This document shows, piece by piece, positions 17,784 to 26,291 of a stretch of DNA of 64,000 nt; position 1 is the first letter of the stretch; each line of letters begins with the position of its first letter. The position numbers and the translations under genes are program-made. The stretch lies in NCBI GenBank assembly GCA_965248575.1, contig CBDFJQ010000002.1, positions 1,184,001 to 1,248,000 of the forward strand, written 5' to 3'. This stretch comes from Planctomycetota bacterium. Its GTDB lineage: Bacteria; Planctomycetota; B15-G4. The notes below the pieces were generated by a model. It saw only the letters and a program-made list of their open reading frames with translations. It made no database searches and was not told the DNA's origin.

Positions 17784-19174
17784 GCCCGGCCCTCCGGCTC
17801 AGCAGACACGAGAGCGCCCAGGATCAGGTCGTGGATGTCCGTGTGCCTCTTGACCCTCTCGGCGGCTGCCGCCAAGCCAGGGGACCCCATGGCGACCGGC
17901 CAAAGTGCCCGGTCCTCTGGCCTGTGGCCGTGGCTGCCTTTGACCATTCGTGCGTCCAAGGGGATGACATCCAAGAGGTTTCGGAAACCAAGTCGGCGTG
18001 CGAGCAACCGACGGGCGATGCGCAACTTGGGAGCACTCAGCTCCGGATCGAGAAACAACTCGCCGGGGTCGTAGCCCGGTTTGCGATGAATGTCCACCGT
18101 CCGCGCGTAGTCCGGGGCGCGATCATCCTCCAACCAGAAAGGATAGGCGAACCAGGCCCGCGGTTCCGCCTCGAGAATCAGCTCACCGGCACGAGGATGG
18201 TCGAGGCCGGACGCCGCACGTTCGGGTCCCGACTCCACGCGCCCCACCCCGGGGAGCGCTTCCAGCAGCGCACGCGCCGCGGGCACATCAGCCGGGTCGG
18301 CCACGTACACATGGGCGACCTGGTGGTCGCACACGGCAAAGGCCCTGCTCGCTCCAGCGTCCAGGGTCTCGCCCACCGAGTCCTGCCACAGAACCGTCAG
18401 CAAGCCCGCCTCGCGCAGGGCGCGGTTGGGGTAGACCACCTGATCCACCTCGCCGATTCCATACTCCGAGACGACGAGGACTTCCATGCCGGCATCCCGC
18501 GCCGCATCCACGAGACGACCCGCTTCGGCATCCACCAGCTCGACCTGCGCAGCGACATCAGCTCCGTGCGGACCTTGCTGTTGAAGCACGTAGTCCAGGT
18601 GAGGGAGATACGCGAAAAGGACGTCCGGCTTGTCTGTCGCAAGCACGTCCAGGCTGGCGTCCACGATCCAGCGGGTCGATGAGATGTCGGCGGCCGGCCC
18701 CCAGAAACGGAACAACGGGAAGGCCCCGAGGCGCTCCTCCAGCCGACCTCGCAGGCTGTGCGGCGTCGTGTACACCCCCGGGATCTTGCGGCCGTCTGCC
18801 GGGTACTCAGGGCGCGGCGTCACGGACACGTCGGCGGAGGAATACATGTTGAACCACCAGAACATCTGGGCCACCCGCAAGTCAGGCCGCTGCTCTCTGG
18901 CCGTGTCCCACACCGAGGGCGCTTGAACGAGGCGATTCGACTGCCGCCAGAACAGCACTTCGGAGAGCTCGTGGAAGTACCATCCGTTGCCCACCACGCC
19001 GTGCTCACTGGGGTCACGCCCCGTCAACATGGAGGCCTGTGCGGTGCATGTCACCGCGGGGAAGGCTGGTTCCAGCGGGACCTGCCAGCCAGATTCGGCC
19101 AGGGCGCGCATGCGCGGACCCATGAGCGACGGAACCAGGCCGACGATGTCGAGAACGAGTAGTCGGGACGTCAT
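17780..19174 (-). CDS. Alkaline phosphatase-superfamily nucleotide pyrophosphatase/phosphodiesterase, EboF-like
   Basis: LDIVGL, FPAVTCTAQA, HGVVGNGWY, FWRQSN, FWWFNM, YPADGRK, YLPHLDY, VSEYG, VDIHRKPGYDP, KGSHG. Confidence 0.85.
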   Translation of the reverse strand: MTSRLLVLDIVGLVPSLMGPRMRALAESGWQVPLEPAFPAVTCTAQASMLTGRDPSEHGVVGNGWYFHELSEVLFWRQSNRLVQAPSVWDTAREQRPDLRVAQMFWWFNMYSSADVSVTPRPEYPADGRKIPGVYTTPHSLRGRLEERLGAFPLFRFWGPAADISSTRWIVDASLDVLATDKPDVLFAYLPHLDYVLQQQGPHGADVAAQVELVDAEAGRLVDAARDAGMEVLVVSEYGIGEVDQVVYPNRALREAGLLTVLWQDSVGETLDAGASRAFAVCDHQVAHVYVADPADVPAARALLEALPGVGRVESGPERAASGLDHPRAGELILEAEPRAWFAYPFWLEDDRAPDYARTVDIHRKPGYDPGELFLDPELSAPKLRIARRLLARRLGFRNLLDVIPLDARMVKGSHGHRPEDRALWPVAMGSPGLAAAAERVKRHTDIHDLILGALVSAEPEGRA

Positions 19175-19320
19175 TCTGGGAGCATAGCGAACCAAAGCCC
19201 CCGCTCCTGGCACCGGATGCGGCGGTTACACTCGACCCATCCATGAGCCTGGCCATGGGGTGCAGGTCCCGCCACCGCGCCCCCCAGCACACCTGGCGGC
19301 AAGACACCTCGGAGATCCCC

Positions 19321-20280
19321 TTGCTGACGGACCGCCTGCTGCGCACCGTCGCGAGCCGCTACCTGGGCAAACCGGATCTGGCTGATTTCCTCGCCATCCG
19401 GTTCCCGGATCTGCGCAGCCTGATGTCCGGGGCCCGGAACGAGCTGGCCTACCGCTTGGGGCTCACCGGCGCGGCCCGCCTGACCACCCTCAACGTCGAA
19501 CTGACCAGCCGTTGCAACGCCGCCTGCAGCTACTGCGACGTGAACCGACAGCTCGGTCGACCCAACCAGGACCTGGACCTCGACACCTACGCCCGCCTGC
19601 TGGAGCAACTCCCCACTCTCGAGGAGGTGCTGCCGTTCCAGTGGGGAGAGCCCCTGCTTTACCCCGCGCTGGACGAAGCGTTGCGCCTCGCCACCCAGCA
19701 GCAGCTGCGTTCGTATGTCACGACCAACGGCCTGCTCCTGGATGGGAGCCGCTTCCGCGCCCTGACACGTGCCGGCCTGACCCGCCTGACCGTTTCCCTC
19801 GACGGCGAAGCGCTGAACCATGAGCAGCGACGAGGCTATGCTCAGGACGAGATCCTCGAGCGGCTCGCGGAGGCACGTGGCATCCAGCAGCGGGAGGCCG
19901 CGGCCACCAAGCTGGACGTGTCGATGGTGGTCGACGACGAGGTCGCCCACCTCCTGCCAGCCTTCCGCCAGCGCATGGCGCCCCTCTGCGATCGCGTGCA
20001 GTTCATCCCTCGTATGCTGGACGCCACTCGCAGCACATCATGCCGGGAGCCTTCGCGAGGCGTGTTGGTGGTCCTCAGCGACGGCCGTGTCACCACCTGC
20101 TGTGCTGATGTCCGGGGCGAGCTGGATCTCGGACATGTCGAGGACCCACGGTTCGCCCAGGTCTACACGTCGCCCGCCTTCCAGGAGCTCCGCCGCCAGC
20201 ATCGCCAGGGAGAGCTGCCGAAGACGTGCCGGAACTGCAGTGAGTGCAACGTCCAGGGGGTCAGCCCTCGCTTCTCATGA
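19321..20280 (+). CDS. Radical SAM protein with C-terminal SPASM/twitch domain
   Basis: CNAACSYC (CxxxCxxC), WGEPLL, TTNGLLL, VSLDG; C-terminal C-x..G-x-V-x2-CC...CRNC. Start taken as TTG 19321 (GGAGA upstream); ATG 19243 is an alternative. Confidence 0.88.
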   Translation: MLTDRLLRTVASRYLGKPDLADFLAIRFPDLRSLMSGARNELAYRLGLTGAARLTTLNVELTSRCNAACSYCDVNRQLGRPNQDLDLDTYARLLEQLPTLEEVLPFQWGEPLLYPALDEALRLATQQQLRSYVTTNGLLLDGSRFRALTRAGLTRLTVSLDGEALNHEQRRGYAQDEILERLAEARGIQQREAAATKLDVSMVVDDEVAHLLPAFRQRMAPLCDRVQFIPRMLDATRSTSCREPSRGVLVVLSDGRVTTCCADVRGELDLGHVEDPRFAQVYTSPAFQELRRQHRQGELPKTCRNCSECNVQGVSPRFS

Positions 20281-21458
20281 GCATGCACAGCCGACTCCTC
20301 GATCTCTGCAAGTCCTTGGACGCCAGCCTGGGCGGCCTCGTGGTGCGCTTTGCTCCAGGGACGACGAACCGAAAAATGCCCCGCCGGCCCACGGACGTCG
20401 TGCTGATCCGGCTCTGGGGGTTGGGCAACCTGGCGCTGCTGGCACCGCACCTCGCGGCGTGCCGAGACTCCACGCGCTTGCGCCTGCTCACTTTGGAACG
20501 AAACCGGGAGTTCGTAGTCCAGCACTTCCCCTGGGTCGAAGTGTTGTCGCTCCCCGATCCCAGCTCTCTTCGACTCCCGCTGGCGCTGTTCCATCACGCA
20601 CGGAGTCTTGCCCAGGATCCGCCCGAGGTCTTGCTCGACCTGGAGCAGTTCCTGCGCTTGCCCTTGTGGCTGTTCCGTCGCGTCACAGGCGCACCCAGCA
20701 TCGGGCTGGACACGCCCATGCAAGGCCGCAGCCAGCTGCTCGACAAGCCGGTCCGTCACGACGCAACGCGCCACGTGGCCGAGACCTTTGCAGCACTGTG
20801 GCGGGCAGCTGGCTTGAACACGGGCGTTGGCCCTGGGCCTCTGCGCGTGGACCCCAGCGCGTTGCCCAGGCTTCCAGAAGGCTGGTCGCCTTCATCATGC
20901 AGGCGTCCGTTGATCGTGGTGCACCCGGGCTCCGGTGACCATTTCCCCGGCCGGCGCTGGTCGCCGCAGCGCTTTGGCCAATTGGCGAAACGGCTGGCCC
21001 GATCCACGGGCGCCCGGGTCGTGCTCACGGGGCTGGACGCGGAGGCTGAACTGATTCGGGAGGTGCTGCAAGCCTTGGGCAGCACGGCCTCCCTCAACCT
21101 CTGCGGACAACTGGAAACACGGGCACTGGTCGCCCTGCTCGCAGAGGCCGACCTCTTGCTCACGAACGACACGGGCCCGCTCCATCTGGCCGATGCCCTT
21201 GGCACGCGAAGCGTCGCCTTGTATGGGCCCAACACACCCCATCGCTACGGCCCTCGCACAGTGGGGTCCCGCGCGGTCTTCGCCGATCTTCCCTGCAGCC
21301 CCTGCCTCGACGATCGCAGCATGAAGCGTTCTTCCTGCAGGCACTTCGCTTGCATGGATGCCCTCAGTGTGGACGCCGTCGAGTCGATCTGCATGGAGAG
21401 CCTGCAAGGCAACATGCTTCGCCGAGTGGATACAGCGTCCCATGCCCTCGCGCATTGA
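20277..21458 (+). CDS. Glycosyltransferase family 9 (ADP-heptose heptosyltransferase-like)
   Basis: VVHPGSG...RRWSPQRF, LNLCGQL, TNDTGPLHLADALG, VALYGP, C-terminal CSPC-x10-C-x4-C; ATGA overlap with the upstream rSAM gene. Confidence 0.85.
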   Translation: MSMHSRLLDLCKSLDASLGGLVVRFAPGTTNRKMPRRPTDVVLIRLWGLGNLALLAPHLAACRDSTRLRLLTLERNREFVVQHFPWVEVLSLPDPSSLRLPLALFHHARSLAQDPPEVLLDLEQFLRLPLWLFRRVTGAPSIGLDTPMQGRSQLLDKPVRHDATRHVAETFAALWRAAGLNTGVGPGPLRVDPSALPRLPEGWSPSSCRRPLIVVHPGSGDHFPGRRWSPQRFGQLAKRLARSTGARVVLTGLDAEAELIREVLQALGSTASLNLCGQLETRALVALLAEADLLLTNDTGPLHLADALGTRSVALYGPNTPHRYGPRTVGSRAVFADLPCSPCLDDRSMKRSSCRHFACMDALSVDAVESICMESLQGNMLRRVDTASHALAH

Positions 21459-22497
21459 GGCGACCCGCCGCTACATCGCCCTGGCGCGAGCGGTCCAGCG
21501 CGCTCGGCGGGCAGCCTTCGACCCGTTCAAGCTGACCTGGATTCTCACGGAGCAGTGCTCCCAGCATTGCCGGAGTTGCAACCTCTGGGTGGGCCAGCCA
21601 GCGCCCGGGCCCAGCATGGAGGAGATCCAGCGCTTGCTGGAGGCCAACCGTCACCTCACCTGGCTGAACCTCTCGGGCGGCGACTTCGTAGAGCGCGCGG
21701 AGGCAGCGCAGATCATTGAGGCTGTCACCCACGCCCTGCCGGACCTCGCCCTGCTCGACTTTCCTACGGCGGGCCAGGACACGAAAGCCGTCTTGCGGGC
21801 ACTGGAACCGGCCCTCGACTCGCAGGTGCCGCGTGTCTATGTCACCGTGAGTCTGGATGGCCCCGATGACGTGCACGACACGATTCGGGGCAGCGTGGGT
21901 TCTGCCGCGCGCGCACGGGAAACCCTGCGAGCGCTCCAGGCCATCCGTCGCCCGGGCTTCACGGCCGTGGCGGGCATGACGCTCTCGAGCCACAACCTCC
22001 CGGAGAGCATCCCGGAGCGCCTGGCGGACCTGCTGCCCAGCCACTGCCCGCCCTCGGATCTGCATCTGAACCTGGCCCACCACTCCACGCACTACTACCG
22101 CAACAAGGACTCGGTCCAGCCCCCCACCCAAACGGCACAGGCCCTGATCGAGTTCGTGGAGACGGCTCGCAAATCGCGCTGGAGCCCGCTCGGCATCATG
22201 GAGGGCCGCTACTGGAAGTTCGCCCGACGCTACCTGGACTCCGGCGATGTGGGCGGTCGCTGCAGCGCCTTGCGGGGGAGTGTGTTCCTGGGTGCCGACC
22301 TCTCCCTCTATCCCTGCTCGATCTTCGATCGCCCGTTGGGCAACCTGAGAGACGTGAGCTACTCCCTGCGACGCATGAACGAACTCGCCGAGAGCGCCCC
22401 CACCTTGGTGGAGGTGGAGGCCCGCCGCTGCCCTGGTTGCTGGTCCCCGTGCGAGGCCTTCCCGACGCTGCTGGTGGGTCGAGGCAGCCCCCTTTGA
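21442..22497 (+). CDS. Radical SAM protein with C-terminal Cys cluster
   Basis: CSQHCRSC (CxxxCxxC), LSGGD, VSLDGP, C-terminal CSAL...LYPCS...CPGCWSPCE. Confidence 0.85.
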   Translation: MPSRIEATRRYIALARAVQRARRAAFDPFKLTWILTEQCSQHCRSCNLWVGQPAPGPSMEEIQRLLEANRHLTWLNLSGGDFVERAEAAQIIEAVTHALPDLALLDFPTAGQDTKAVLRALEPALDSQVPRVYVTVSLDGPDDVHDTIRGSVGSAARARETLRALQAIRRPGFTAVAGMTLSSHNLPESIPERLADLLPSHCPPSDLHLNLAHHSTHYYRNKDSVQPPTQTAQALIEFVETARKSRWSPLGIMEGRYWKFARRYLDSGDVGGRCSALRGSVFLGADLSLYPCSIFDRPLGNLRDVSYSLRRMNELAESAPTLVEVEARRCPGCWSPCEAFPTLLVGRGSPL

Positions 22498-24299
22498 AGG
22501 CGCAGCTCACGACGGTCCTGTTGCTCGCGCTGTTCTCACATGGGCTCGGCCTGGCGAATGGCTTCGTGTACGACGACCACCGCTTCGTCGACGGCAATCC
22601 GGCGCTTGCGCGGGTGAGCGTGGCCGACGCCTTCCTGGACGCTGCGACCCAGACGGCCGATCTCGATCGGGATGTGTATCGCCCCTTGCGGCTGCTGGGC
22701 CACGCGTGGGATCTGCGGCACTGGGGGCTCGACCCTTTCGGCTTCCATTTGCATTCCCTGATCGTTCACTTGCTCAACGTCCTCCTGGCGTACGTCGTGC
22801 TGCGCCACCTTCTCGGATCGGAGCGCGACGAGGCCGCGTTCGTGGGTGCTGCGCTGCTCGCGACACACCCGCTTGGGGTCGAGGTCGTGGGTTGGATCTC
22901 GAGCCGGGGTGATCTCTACGCCGCTGGCTTCGGCCTCGTGGCGCTGGGCCTGGGTTGCGTTCGCAGGGCCAAGCCGGGCGTGCTCGTGCTGGCGGCCAGC
23001 GCGGCCTGCCTGGCGACGCTCGGCAAGGAATCCGCTGCCGTGCTTCCTGTCGTTGCTGGGCTGCACGTCTTGCTCGTGGGCCGGCACGGCGGCTCGCCAG
23101 TTGATCCGGACGAGGAACTCGTGGGGCACGAATCCAAGCGGCGACTTCACGGGGTGCCCTGGGGCCCCCTGGCATTGGCTCTTGGGGTGCTGGCCGCCCT
23201 GACCCTGCGCCAGGTCGCGCTTGCTGGTGCTTCACCGGTCCAGACCCCCCCCCACGGAGGCAGCGCCCTGGCCCAGGCGGCCTGGGCCCTCTTCGGCCTG
23301 AGCCAAACCCTGGCGTCAGTCGTGTTTCCGGCGAACCTGTGTGTCGAGTATCCCCAGGACAGCTGGGCGGCAGGGGCCATCCCGGTTTGGATCCGCCCCG
23401 CCACCCTTTTGGGAGTTGGGGTGCTCGTGCTACCGATCCTCTGGGCGCGCCTGGGCCGCCGTAGGGCGGCCTTTCTCGCCGCCTGGGCACTGCTCGCCTA
23501 TCTGCCGTCCAGCAGCTTCCTGGTCACGCTGCGGGACCTGGTTAACGACCGTGGTGCCTACCCCATGCTCCCCGCCTTGGGAGCGCTCCTGGGATTGGCC
23601 TGCGGGGGCCGCCGCGCCGCCGCCTGGCTCGTCGTCCTGGGCCTGGGCATCCCGCTCGCCTTTGCCTCCGTAGAGCGCACAGCAGCCTTCCGTTCGGACA
23701 CTTCGCTGTGGTCAGACGTCTTGGTCAAGAATCCCGGCTCGGTTCGGGCGCACCTGGGTCTGGCGGCCGTCTCCTCCGAGGAGCTGGTTCAACGGGCTCA
23801 CCTGATCCAGGCAACCCAGAACTGTGTGGCGGGGAGCAAGCTCGAGGCAGCAGCGCTGGCCCGGCTCGGCCAGCACCTCCTGCGCAGCACGGGCAACGCC
23901 GAGGCGGCACTCCCGGTCTTGGAGAAGGCACTCGAAGCCGCCCGGTATTGGCAGGCTTTGGAGCGTCCGACGACCGATGCAGAGACCGTCGCCGCGGCAC
24001 TGGCGGAGGCCTATGAGCTGCTGGGTCGTTCCGGCGAGGCGGAGCAGGTTCTGGACCTGGCCTTGGCGGACGCCGCTGCGCAACCTGCCACGGGCCGCTC
24101 CCGCGCGACGGTCTTGCTCGTGCACCGTGCCCTGGTCCGACTCCTCCGGCTGCAGCGTGACCCAAGCTCGGAAGAGAAGACGAAGGCTCTCTGGGAGGCC
24201 GTGCTGGCAGCCGAAACCGCCGCGCCGGAACACCCGCTGGTCACGTCACTACGGGCCTTGATCGCTCAACGCATGAACGAGGCGAGCGACAGCCGCTGA
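22494..24299 (+). CDS. TMTC-like GT-C glycosyltransferase with C-terminal TPR-like region
   Basis: NGFVYDD, YRPL, FHLHSLIVH, HPLGVEVVGWISSR, GKESA, DRGAYP, many TM helices, then TPR-like helices; TTGA overlap with the upstream stop. Confidence 0.78.
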   Translation: MKAQLTTVLLLALFSHGLGLANGFVYDDHRFVDGNPALARVSVADAFLDAATQTADLDRDVYRPLRLLGHAWDLRHWGLDPFGFHLHSLIVHLLNVLLAYVVLRHLLGSERDEAAFVGAALLATHPLGVEVVGWISSRGDLYAAGFGLVALGLGCVRRAKPGVLVLAASAACLATLGKESAAVLPVVAGLHVLLVGRHGGSPVDPDEELVGHESKRRLHGVPWGPLALALGVLAALTLRQVALAGASPVQTPPHGGSALAQAAWALFGLSQTLASVVFPANLCVEYPQDSWAAGAIPVWIRPATLLGVGVLVLPILWARLGRRRAAFLAAWALLAYLPSSSFLVTLRDLVNDRGAYPMLPALGALLGLACGGRRAAAWLVVLGLGIPLAFASVERTAAFRSDTSLWSDVLVKNPGSVRAHLGLAAVSSEELVQRAHLIQATQNCVAGSKLEAAALARLGQHLLRSTGNAEAALPVLEKALEAARYWQALERPTTDAETVAAALAEAYELLGRSGEAEQVLDLALADAAAQPATGRSRATVLLVHRALVRLLRLQRDPSSEEKTKALWEAVLAAETAAPEHPLVTSLRALIAQRMNEASDSR

Positions 24300-24339
24300 A
24301 CGTCGCACCACGGAAGGGCCGGACGGGACCCCGCTGAAC

Positions 24340-24936
24340 TCAGCCGCCGGAAGGCGCGCTGGGCGACTCAGGCTTCTCGCCCGGCTTGCCAGGAGCATCT
24401 TGGTTGCCGCTGTTCTGGCCACCACCCTGCTCCCCATCGTTCGGGGCATCGAGTCCCTTGGTCGGCCGGCCCTTCTTGCCCAGGGTCAGCGCCGTCTGGC
24501 CCTTCGGCAACCGGCGCATCGTCGCCACCTTGTCCGCCTTGGGCGCCTTCCTGTTGCGCAACAGCGGCACGGCGTTCTTCTTCTTGTAGGTGGCCATCAT
24601 CCAGAGCGGCTCACCGAAGCGGCCGACACCCTCAATCAGCTCAGGGTGGACGTACAGCGGCGTGCCGCTCTCATCGACGGTCTTGATGGCGCCGTTGTCG
24701 AGCACCCGCCCGTTCCGCTTGTACTCCTCGATCTTCTCCAGGTTCTCCTCCATGATCCGAGCCATCTTCGCCTCCTTTGGGGTCACGGACATGACCTTGG
24801 GCGTCTTGACGGTAGGAGGGATCATGGGGGCGACATCGGGCTCGACGCTCTCCTGGCCAGCGGCCATCCAAGCCACGCCACCCACCAGGGCAGCGATACC
24901 AAACATCACGAGTGCGGAAATCGGGGAGTTCTTCAC
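24340..24936 (-). CDS. Hypothetical membrane-anchored or secreted protein
   Basis: 198-aa ORF with N-terminal hydrophobic segment, Lys-rich body and low-complexity tail; coding-like codon usage. Confidence 0.6.
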   Translation of the reverse strand: MKNSPISALVMFGIAALVGGVAWMAAGQESVEPDVAPMIPPTVKTPKVMSVTPKEAKMARIMEENLEKIEEYKRNGRVLDNGAIKTVDESGTPLYVHPELIEGVGRFGEPLWMMATYKKKNAVPLLRNRKAPKADKVATMRRLPKGQTALTLGKKGRPTKGLDAPNDGEQGGGQNSGNQDAPGKPGEKPESPSAPSGG

Positions 24937-25169
24937 GGGAGAAGTACCTGCGTTGGGACTGCGATCGGGGGAGGAGGGCCGTGAACGAGGGTTCAGGGCA
25001 CCCAGGCGCGAGGACGAATGGAGTATACCATCGGCTCGTGCGCGTGCTGCTCTGCGCCAACGCTCCCTGGGCTCTGCTGCCCAGGTGACAGGATCAAATC
25101 CGTCACGTTGGTACGATGCGACGTATCGAGTCGCTGGATCGAATTTCTTGACTCTGGAAGAGACCCCGT

Positions 25170-26285
25170 ATGTCGACCCTCATGTCGAGTGCCCTGCTCT
25201 GCGCTCTGTGGCTCCCCACGGCTGCCATCGCGTCCCAGGCTCCCGTTTCCCTGCCGAATTCGGCTCTTGCTGTCGAGAGTCCGCTGCTCGTTGCAGAGCC
25301 CGCCAACGTGGATTTTGGCGACGTCTTCCAGGGAGAGCAGCTGGTGCAGAAGGTCACCGTCACGAACACCGGTGACGCGGCCTTCCCCCTGGGCAGCATC
25401 CAGACCAGCTGTGGCTGCACGGCAGCCAAGATCATCGGCCCGGACGGCTCCGACTATCCCACCCGCTCTCCGAGCGCCGATCCGATCCTCATCCTGGCTC
25501 CCGCTGAGTCCATGACGGTCATGGTCGAGTTCAACACCACGGGCAAGAACGGGGATGTGAAGCAGACCATGAAGCTGCACCCCGCGGACCCTGCCCACGC
25601 GGCGCTCGAGGTGGGCGTTCACGTGCGGGTGACGAAGGCCCTGCAAGTGACGCCACCTTGGCTCAACCTGAACAAGATCCCCAAGACCGGCCGCATGGAA
25701 GAAATCGTGACCGTCGAGGCCGTCGAGATCGGTGATTGGAAGATCTCCGGCTTCAAGAGCCAGATCGAGAACGTCCCGTTGCCGACCTGGATGACGTTCG
25801 AGGTTCTGGACGAGGAGGGTCCCCGGCGCCGCGTGCGGGTTGTCATCGAGGGCGACCGCCCAGTGGGAGCTTTCTCCACCCGGGTCGCCGTCGAGATCGA
25901 GCACGAGAAGATCAAGCAGGCCGACTTTGCCGTGACGGCCATCGTCGCGCCCAACGTCTCCTTCGACACGGGCAACAGCTCGTTCCAGGACAGCGTGAAC
26001 TTCGAGCACGTGAAAGCGGATGAAACCGTGACCCGCACCATCACCGTGCTGAACAAGGACCCGGCTGTCCCCTACGTCCTGCAAGCGGTCGACTTGCTCA
26101 CCAGTCAGAAGGAGTTCTTCAAGACGAGCATGCGCACCGTCGAGGAAGGCATCTCCTATGAAGTCGACATCACGGTGGATGGCTCCCTGGGGGCTCCCTT
26201 CTTCCGTGGCAGCCTGATCCTGCGGGCTGAGCACCCGGACCTGGCCAACAAGATGATTCCGTTCCACGGGTGGGTGCAGAAGTAA
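25170..26285 (+). CDS. DUF1573 (Ig-like) domain secreted protein
   Basis: Signal peptide; DFGDV...VTNTG...IQTSCGCTAA...LAPAES DUF1573 signature; repeated beta-rich modules. Confidence 0.8.
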   Translation: MSTLMSSALLCALWLPTAAIASQAPVSLPNSALAVESPLLVAEPANVDFGDVFQGEQLVQKVTVTNTGDAAFPLGSIQTSCGCTAAKIIGPDGSDYPTRSPSADPILILAPAESMTVMVEFNTTGKNGDVKQTMKLHPADPAHAALEVGVHVRVTKALQVTPPWLNLNKIPKTGRMEEIVTVEAVEIGDWKISGFKSQIENVPLPTWMTFEVLDEEGPRRRVRVVIEGDRPVGAFSTRVAVEIEHEKIKQADFAVTAIVAPNVSFDTGNSSFQDSVNFEHVKADETVTRTITVLNKDPAVPYVLQAVDLLTSQKEFFKTSMRTVEEGISYEVDITVDGSLGAPFFRGSLILRAEHPDLANKMIPFHGWVQK

Positions 26286-26291
26286 TCGCCT

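Noticed and set aside
8683..22497. RiPP cluster made of the small peptide, M16 peptidases and rSAM/SPASM enzymes
   Set aside because: The parts are spread over 14 kb in different operons. The peptide has a lipoprotein signal, the rSAMs show no evident PqqD/RRE domain and are coupled to glycosyltransferases, and there is no transporter.
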